From contig DTYH01000082.1 of assembly GCA_012961955.1 (NCBI GenBank), forward strand, positions 1 to 44,457: DNA of 44,457 nucleotides. The letters are read 5' to 3'. This document shows positions 38,231 to 44,457 of this stretch, piece by piece (the stretch's first letter is position 1; each line of letters starts with the position of its first letter). This DNA comes from Desulfobacterales bacterium (lineage in GTDB: Bacteria; Desulfobacterota; Desulfobacteria; Desulfobacterales; DTYH01). The notes beneath the pieces were generated by a model. The model was given only the letters and a program-made list of their open reading frames with translations, was not told the origin of the DNA and did not search any database. The position numbers and the translations under genes are program-made.

Positions 38231-39145
38231 CTATCCACTTCCATAAAGTGAGTAAGACCTGCGCTTAAGGAAATGCAAACCACTTTTCATAGCTGCATAA
38301 TACTTAGTGAATCCAGCAAAGAGAAGAAGCCTTCTGCCAAGGGGTAACCCGCTATCTAATAAAAAGACCGAAAAATACTTCAGGAAAGCATGGGCTAAAT
38401 TCCCTGGCGGTTCCTCTAAGGCCACATATTTGGGCAAGTCCGGCAGTTCTTTACCCTCGATTGCTGCGAACAGGCGTTGAGCCGATGATTGACGTAAATG
38501 GCGTAAAGATATGAATACCATTCCATCCTTATAGCGGTTCTTATGGGAATAACTTGCATCCGGTCTTACTTTCCCGTTTATGAAGTGAAAGTGTTCAAAC
38601 ATCACCTTGTCCAAATAGAACATACGGTTTTTACCAAGATGTTTAAGCCTTATAAAAATATCAAAAATATGTGCATCTATGTATAGGTCGCCGTATTCTT
38701 CTGGGTACGGCCTTGACAGAATCTCACAGGTCTTCTTGGACATAATAGGAAAAGTAGACATTCTGTGCCTTACTTCCAAGTCGTTAGGATAGGCCATAAA
38801 GATCCCGTCTGGAATGCTTGAGGAAAAATCTACAACCACCTTATCCCACGCCGGAGTGCATATCGTCAAATCGTCATTCATTAAAATGACTATATCTCCA
38901 GAAGAACGATGCAGACATGTCGTGTTATAGGCCCCCATAGTCAGGCGCGGTCCAATGACCTTTACAATATTGAGTCGTTTATCCTCGATAGAATGACTCT
39001 CCGTGTCGTCTTCATCCACATACATTACTATCTCTAGGTTTTCGAGGTCAGCCGTATGATCGACAATACTCTGAAATAGGCGTCTCACTAGGGAGGGTCT
39101 GCCACGGGTGGGAAGTAGTAACGAAATCTTTCTATCCCTGTGCAT
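38231..39145 (-). CDS. Glycosyltransferase family 2 (GT-A)
   Basis: ISLLLPTRGR, EIV.YVDEDD, GDIVILMNDD. Confidence 0.82.
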   Translation of the reverse strand: MHRDRKISLLLPTRGRPSLVRRLFQSIVDHTADLENLEIVMYVDEDDTESHSIEDKRLNIVKVIGPRLTMGAYNTTCLHRSSGDIVILMNDDLTICTPAWDKVVVDFSSSIPDGIFMAYPNDLEVRHRMSTFPIMSKKTCEILSRPYPEEYGDLYIDAHIFDIFIRLKHLGKNRMFYLDKVMFEHFHFINGKVRPDASYSHKNRYKDGMVFISLRHLRQSSAQRLFAAIEGKELPDLPKYVALEEPPGNLAHAFLKYFSVFLLDSGLPLGRRLLLFAGFTKYYAAMKSGLHFLKRRSYSLYGSG

Positions 39146-39170
39146 ACTTCCTTACTGTCTTGTGTAACCT

Positions 39171-39232
39171 CATATCCTGGAATTGACTCTGTTCACCCGA
39201 GCGTACGCCCACACGTTCATGTTGTGCTGCGA
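39171..39232 (-). pseudogene. Short remnant of a radical SAM gene paralogous to 43535-44455
   Basis: Translates as HNMNVWAYARVNRVNSRI*, matching DLNIWAYARVD in the upstream radical SAM protein. Confidence 0.55.
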
Positions 39233-39291
39233 TTAACAGTGAAGCGGCAAGGACTAGCAATGCGAGATTCTTTCAATCCAGGTGTCTATCA

Positions 39292-40506
39292 CTACTTCTG
39301 ATAGATTTCCAAAAATTCAAACAATGTTTCCAAAACATAGTCCATTTCTTCAAGCCCTAAATCCTGATGAACACCGATGTGTATGCCACGCTTGCCTATA
39401 TACTCAGCATTGGGAAACTGCCCCTCCTTGTAGCCAAGATAGGCAAAACCCGGACACTGGGTTGGCATAGAGGCAAAAAGGGTACGGGTCTCGATACCCT
39501 TCTTCTCCAGGTAGTTTGTCAGTTCTGCCCGCGTAAAAGAGGCCCCATCCTGAACAATGATCGGTATAGCGTGGGGGCCGATTTGTTCATTAAGTTCTTC
39601 CTTGATTGTAGTCAAATACGGACTGAAGCGGTCGAATCGTTTGAGAACGTAAAGGAGGTTTTGTCGTCGTTTAGTCAAAATATCTTTATAGTGTTCGATA
39701 TTCCCCAAACCGATGGCCGCTTCGAGCTCATTCATCTTGGAAGAATACCCAATACGCTCGAACACAAACCGAATATCCTCACCATTGTCACCCTGAAAAC
39801 GTTTGGGGCAGTATTTTGAGGCTGTATTAAGGGTACACTCTTTGCATTTGCATGCACGGCCATGTGAACGGAGGGACCGAAGGATCTCAGCATGCTCTTC
39901 ACTATCAGTGGTTATTATGCCCCCTTCGCCGGTAGTAATAATGTGAGCCAGATACAGGCTGAAGGCTCCCAGGTCCGCTAACGAACCTGCAGGTTTTCCC
40001 TTGTACAGGGCGCCATGGGCTTCGGCCGCGTCCTCCACCACATACAGTCCGTATTGCCTGGCAATCACATTGATTCCGTCCATATCCGCGGGCTTACCCA
40101 TCAGGTGCACAGGCATAATGGCGCGTGTCCTCTCTGTTATCGCAGCCTCAATTTTACTGACATCTATGTTAAGTGTATCACGCTCGATATCTACAAAGAC
40201 TGGCCTGAAGCCTGCGTGCACGACAGCATTGCCGGTAGCCACAAAGGAGAGGGCCGGAACGATCACTTCATCGCCCTGTTTAGCCCCGTATTCGTGAAGG
40301 ACTGCAAGAGCTAAGATACCAGCGTCCGTCCCGCTGCTTACGGCTACTGCTTCTTTTACCCCTATCAATTCTGCAAACTTCTCCTCGAACCTCCGGACGT
40401 ACTTTCCGCTCGAAATCCGCGTGGACTCCAGGATCTCCCAAATCAATTTCTTGGAGTGTTCGGGTATGGAAATCGTCCCAAATGGAACGATCATCTTATT
40501 TCTCAT
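39292..40506 (-). CDS. DegT-family PLP/PMP enzyme with His replacing the catalytic Lys (E1/RfbH/ColD-like NDP-sugar 3-dehydrase)
   Basis: VSSGT, PVHLMG, EDAAEAHG, SLYLAHIITTGEGG, and the Cys cluster HGRACKCKEC..YCPKRF. Confidence 0.8.
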   Translation of the reverse strand: MRNKMIVPFGTISIPEHSKKLIWEILESTRISSGKYVRRFEEKFAELIGVKEAVAVSSGTDAGILALAVLHEYGAKQGDEVIVPALSFVATGNAVVHAGFRPVFVDIERDTLNIDVSKIEAAITERTRAIMPVHLMGKPADMDGINVIARQYGLYVVEDAAEAHGALYKGKPAGSLADLGAFSLYLAHIITTGEGGIITTDSEEHAEILRSLRSHGRACKCKECTLNTASKYCPKRFQGDNGEDIRFVFERIGYSSKMNELEAAIGLGNIEHYKDILTKRRQNLLYVLKRFDRFSPYLTTIKEELNEQIGPHAIPIIVQDGASFTRAELTNYLEKKGIETRTLFASMPTQCPGFAYLGYKEGQFPNAEYIGKRGIHIGVHQDLGLEEMDYVLETLFEFLEIYQK

Positions 40507-40583
40507 TCCCAACCGTCTCCTTAACATGGGTCACTCCTGGCAGTAGTACCTCGAGCGCCGGAAAACCCCAAAGTTTACAGGGT

Positions 40584-41642
40584 TTAAGTATGCGTAATTT
40601 CACGAAAAGCCTGTATCTTATGGTTGGCACGCTCTTTGTCCAAAGCAGAGTAGTCTTCTTGCGGATCGAAAAAGATGATCTGACTGCCAGAAAATTCAAA
40701 CTTAAACGGCACATGGATAAGCTTTTTGAGTGTCTGTCTAATCTTTTTTTGCTTGTGGGGAGGAGCAAAGAGTAAGATAAATCCACCCCCTCCAGCACCA
40801 GTCAACTTGCCCCCAATAGCCCCAGCCGATATGGCTTGATTGTAAATATCATCAACAATAGAGTTGGAAACTCTGGAACTCAGGCTCCGTTTGGTCTGCC
40901 AGGCCTCATGCAACAGCTCGCCAAAGCTAAGGATATTCTGACTGCTACTCAAAATCGAAATGCCTTCGTCCACTAAATCTTTCATTATGCGTAACTGTCG
41001 TTTTCTGCTCTCAATATCATTAGCATAACTTCCAGCAATATTTGAAGCCGTACGTTTGATTCCTGTATAAAACAGCATAAGATGCGAGTTAAGTTCTCTC
41101 AAACGTTCTTCTGAAATGGTAATTGGTCTCACTGAGATTTCACCATTTGGAAGGAAGATAATATGGTTGAAACCACCATAGGCGGCCGATACCTGATCCT
41201 GTGATCCCACTGTTTCCTTGAGACGTTCCTGCTCGATGTAAATACTCTCCATAGCCAGTTGCCTCTTGCTCGGCATTTGTCCTTTGAGGGCATATAGAGC
41301 GTGCAGGAGCCCTACTGTAAAAGAAGAACTGGATCCCATTCCACTCCTCGCCGGGAGATCTCCATCATGATGTATCTCAACACCACGATCCATGTTTAAA
41401 TGCCGCAAGACCTCTCGAGCAGCCGGATGAACGATCTCGTCAATGGTTTTGCAGTTCTCGATCTTGGAGTATACTATACGTATCCTGTGCTCAAAGAATG
41501 GTGGAAGATACCGGCATGTAAGATAACAGTATTTGTCGATTGTAGTAGCCAGTACAGCACCACCATGTTTCCGGTACCATGCCGGATAGTCAGTACCCCC
41601 ACCGAAGAAAGAAATACGAAACGGGGTTCTACTAATGATCAT
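40584..41642 (-). CDS. hddA: GHMP kinase, D-glycero-alpha-D-manno-heptose 7-phosphate kinase-like
   Basis: MIISRTPFRISFFGGGTD, DLPARSGMGSSS, VGSQDQ..AAYGG, GGKLTGAGGGG. Confidence 0.85.
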   Translation of the reverse strand: MIISRTPFRISFFGGGTDYPAWYRKHGGAVLATTIDKYCYLTCRYLPPFFEHRIRIVYSKIENCKTIDEIVHPAAREVLRHLNMDRGVEIHHDGDLPARSGMGSSSSFTVGLLHALYALKGQMPSKRQLAMESIYIEQERLKETVGSQDQVSAAYGGFNHIIFLPNGEISVRPITISEERLRELNSHLMLFYTGIKRTASNIAGSYANDIESRKRQLRIMKDLVDEGISILSSSQNILSFGELLHEAWQTKRSLSSRVSNSIVDDIYNQAISAGAIGGKLTGAGGGGFILLFAPPHKQKKIRQTLKKLIHVPFKFEFSGSQIIFFDPQEDYSALDKERANHKIQAFREITHT

Positions 41643-41809
41643 GGATTCTTGTCCTTTTATAAAATAGCTATACTTACTAAGCAGATTTCGCTCAATACAG
41701 TAGTAATAGGCTGTTCTTAAGGTAAAAATCCGTTTGAGTGATCACTACAACGTTTTTTTTAATATAAATCTTGGCGAAGCGTAAGATAAGGGATGTGAAC
41801 CGTTTAAGT

Positions 41810-42538
41810 TTAGAGAAAAACAAACTCTTCTGCTATACCGTATGTCTCAGGCGTACCAATGTCCAAGAAACGTCCTTTGCTTCTATAGCCGTAGAGACCC
41901 TGATCGATCCATGCAGGAAACATCTCTTCTTCCAGGGACACACCACCACTCTCCGGAATGGTTAAAAGCAGACGACGATTGATCAGATATATTCCTGCAT
42001 TAATCCACCCTGGTCCGCTCCTTTCATCTTTTTCAACAAAACTGAGTACGTGCCCATCAACATCTACGTTCACCCTACCGTAACGCTGCATATTGCGTAC
42101 TTCAGTCAGGACTAATGAGGCATTTGCATTTTGTGCCAGGTGCCAGGAGAAGAAGTCTCTTAGTTCCACCTGGCAAAAGGAATCACCATTCATCACAAGC
42201 ACAGGGTCCGACTCGAATAGGGGTAACGCCCATCGCAGGGCACCAGCAGTACCAATCGGTGACGATTCCTGGGAATAAACAAGGTGCAGACCACCGTAGG
42301 TATTGCCGAACTCCGCCTTCACCTGTTCGCCCAGATATCCTATGCACAATACAACGTATCTTATGCCAGCAGCGGCTAACTGATCCAACAGATACGATAG
42401 AAATGGTCGCCCTCGAACCTCGGCCAATACCTTTGGCCGATCAGACACCACGGAACGTAGTCGTGTTCCCAAGCCCCCTGCAAGAATAGCTGCGGTTATG
42501 CCTGAAAGATGTTGCGTTGCTCTATTAGGCCGAATCAT
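41810..42538 (-). CDS. hddC: Sugar-phosphate nucleotidyltransferase, HddC (heptose-1-P guanylyltransferase)-like
   Basis: ILAGGLGTRLRSVVSDRPK, GRPFL, GTAGAL, NGDS, INAGIY, SLE, FLDIGTPE. It is adjacent to hddA. Confidence 0.75.
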   Translation of the reverse strand: MIRPNRATQHLSGITAAILAGGLGTRLRSVVSDRPKVLAEVRGRPFLSYLLDQLAAAGIRYVVLCIGYLGEQVKAEFGNTYGGLHLVYSQESSPIGTAGALRWALPLFESDPVLVMNGDSFCQVELRDFFSWHLAQNANASLVLTEVRNMQRYGRVNVDVDGHVLSFVEKDERSGPGWINAGIYLINRRLLLTIPESGGVSLEEEMFPAWIDQGLYGYRSKGRFLDIGTPETYGIAEEFVFL

Positions 42539-42575
42539 TATAGTTCACGTCCTTGCCATGCTTCTCACCTATCCA

Positions 42576-43514
42576 TCATACGTTCTTGAATGGAGCACGT
42601 CCCATCATTCGATATCCCTTCAACAGTTCTTTGATTCCATCCTCCAGCGAGCGCCGCGCTTGAAAACCTGCCTCGCGTAATCGCTGATTGGAAACGATAT
42701 AGTTGCGCTTGTCAGGATCGGTTCCAATTTCGGAAAAGTGGATATAAAAGCCCGGCACGTATTCCCTGATCTTGAGCGCTAATTCCTCCTTGGAAAGGTT
42801 GGCTTCGTCGAGCCCAACGTTATAGGGGCGTCCTACCATCCGTTCTGAATTTTCTATGCAGTGGGAAAAACAATCAGCCACATCTCGAATGTGGATGTAA
42901 TTTCGCCTGAAGTCCTTTTCAAAGATAACGATGTACCCATCTGTCACGGCAACATACACGAAGTGGTTTACCAAAAGATCAAGGCGCATTCGAGGGGACA
43001 TGCCAAACACCGTAGCCAGCCGCAAGGTAATGACATTGGGGGTCTCTAGGAGTTCTGACTCGGCCTGAACCTTGGTCTGACCGTAGAGAGAAATAGGCTC
43101 AAGCGGAGTATCCTCAGTGCAATAGATCTCACAAGATTTTGTCCCATAACCACTGTTTGTCGTAGGATAGATTACTAATTGCTCACGACTCCGCAGCCGA
43201 TTGAGCAACCGTATGGCTTCCAGGTTAACCGATTCGGCCATCCAAGGGTCGCGTTGACATGCCTGTGCTCCTACAATAGCTGCCAAAGGGATAATAACAT
43301 CCACTTCCCTAACCAGCCGGCGCATCAGCTCTTCGTCTCGAACGTCCCCCAGGACAAAATCAAAGAAAGGGTTGGCACAGAGATGGAAAAGAGTTTTTTG
43401 CCCAAACATCAGACTATCCACTGCCGTGACCTGATACCCAGCATCAAGCAAGTGCTCGCACAATATTGAACCAAGATAACCTGCTCCCCCTGTGACAAGT
43501 ACTCGTAGAGTCAT
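42576..43514 (-). CDS. NAD-dependent epimerase/dehydratase (extended SDR)
   Basis: VTGGAGYLGS, LAAIVG..AC, Y.QTK, RLATVFG.SPRMRLDL.VN, D.RNY. Confidence 0.9.
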   Translation of the reverse strand: MTLRVLVTGGAGYLGSILCEHLLDAGYQVTAVDSLMFGQKTLFHLCANPFFDFVLGDVRDEELMRRLVREVDVIIPLAAIVGAQACQRDPWMAESVNLEAIRLLNRLRSREQLVIYPTTNSGYGTKSCEIYCTEDTPLEPISLYGQTKVQAESELLETPNVITLRLATVFGMSPRMRLDLLVNHFVYVAVTDGYIVIFEKDFRRNYIHIRDVADCFSHCIENSERMVGRPYNVGLDEANLSKEELALKIREYVPGFYIHFSEIGTDPDKRNYIVSNQRLREAGFQARRSLEDGIKELLKGYRMMGRAPFKNV

Positions 43515-43534
43515 ATATTTCTCCCCACAAAGAG

Positions 43535-44457
43535 CTACGTATATTTTCTTTCAAGCTTCTGAGATGTCATTTTCCTAATATGTTCGACAATATGAGGTCC
43601 GAAGGTTTGACGGATCATCTCAAGATACCTGGGGTTAGTGAAATACGCATAGAATGCTTGATCACGGAATCTTAGTACCTCCGTACCGCTCAGGTACCTT
43701 GTGGGCAGCGGCAGGGTATCATATGCATGCTGAGAATACCCTGTCCAACTCTCGGGAAGAGGTAGGTTTTCTTCCATTGCTCTCTCGTACAATCTGGAAC
43801 CCGGATAGGCCATGGCACTGTAGAAATTGGCAAATTCGCTGTTGAGCTCTGTTGCAAGTTTGAGTGTCTCCTGCATACTCTCCATATCTTCTTCGGGCAG
43901 ACCAAAGAGGTAGTTAGCTATGATGTAAATGCCGACCTTCCTGATTGCTTCAACGGTCTTCAGCAAATCTTCGTGCCGGTATCCCTTTCGCACGTCACGG
44001 CGAACTCGAACACTTCCAGATTCAATACCCAGACAAAGCCAATTGATTCCAGCCCTTTTCATCTTTTCCAACATCTCTTCGGTCCAACAATCAACCCTTG
44101 CATAAGCCCAGATATTGAGATCATAACCCCGCTCGATTAATTGATTACAAATTCCTATCACATGCCTTTTATTCAAAACGAATATCTCATCTGCAAATTT
44201 GATGTTTTTCACACCGTATTCGTTCACTAAGATATCAATCTGGGTGATGATAGAGCTAGGGTTCCACATTCTATAGCTGTTCACCCTGGGAGAATATCCC
44301 AAGGCCTGTTCACCCCGCTTGAAGGGCGCCTGGATGCAGCAGAAATGGCAGTGAAAGGGACAGCCAAGGGAGGTGTAAAGTGATGCATACGGTTGACGCT
44401 CATCGATATGTGTAAAACAGTGCCAGTTGTGAGCCCTGTATTTCTCCATTGGCAACA
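43535..44457 (-). CDS. Radical SAM protein, probably cobalamin-dependent class; 5' end lies outside the window
   Basis: TSLGCPFHCHFCC, FADE.F, WAYARVD, MKRAG..W..LGIESG, FGLP, YPGS.LY are typical of the B12-binding radical SAM C-terminal half. The B12 domain itself is not visible. Confidence 0.8.
   Translation of the reverse strand, partial: LPMEKYRAHNWHCFTHIDERQPYASLYTSLGCPFHCHFCCIQAPFKRGEQALGYSPRVNSYRMWNPSSIITQIDILVNEYGVKNIKFADEIFVLNKRHVIGICNQLIERGYDLNIWAYARVDCWTEEMLEKMKRAGINWLCLGIESGSVRVRRDVRKGYRHEDLLKTVEAIRKVGIYIIANYLFGLPEEDMESMQETLKLATELNSEFANFYSAMAYPGSRLYERAMEENLPLPESWTGYSQHAYDTLPLPTRYLSGTEVLRFRDQAFYAYFTNPRYLEMIRQTFGPHIVEHIRKMTSQKLERKYT

Overview
This is a bacterial chromosomal segment. 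The gene content suggests a strict anaerobe, probably Desulfobacterota (deltaproteobacteria)-like, which is an inference. Intact genes cover four themes: (1) acyl-CoA and redox metabolism (fused CoA-transferase, enoyl-CoA hydratase, OYE-like flavin/Fe-S reductase, W-type aldehyde:ferredoxin oxidoreductase with ferredoxin and NDP-forming acyl-CoA synthetase alpha, a Cys-less thiolase-fold protein with a DUF35 partner, a RACo/ASKHA corrinoid activator); (2) cofactor genes (minimal SufCB/SMS Fe-S pair, mobB, DUF362, radical SAM); (3) a stand-alone trpB2 and a sigma54 activator; (4) the distal end of a surface-polysaccharide locus (heptose kinase and nucleotidyltransferase, a His-for-Lys 3-dehydrase-type PLP enzyme, glycosyltransferases, radical SAM). 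At least six pseudogenes or remnants and several families of MITE/REP-like repeats, some nested, fill the intergenic space. I saw no rRNA, tRNA, CRISPR array or intact transposase. The best signals missing from the ORF track are a Trp-Trp leader peptide with an attenuator upstream of trpB2, a small ORF ending in C-x-x-UGA followed by a SECIS-like hairpin (candidate selenoprotein), nested MITEs with filled and empty TAAA sites, a recurrent GTAACYRYTCA terminal motif at gene boundaries, and a structured leader upstream of mobB. All calls were made by eye, without database searches.
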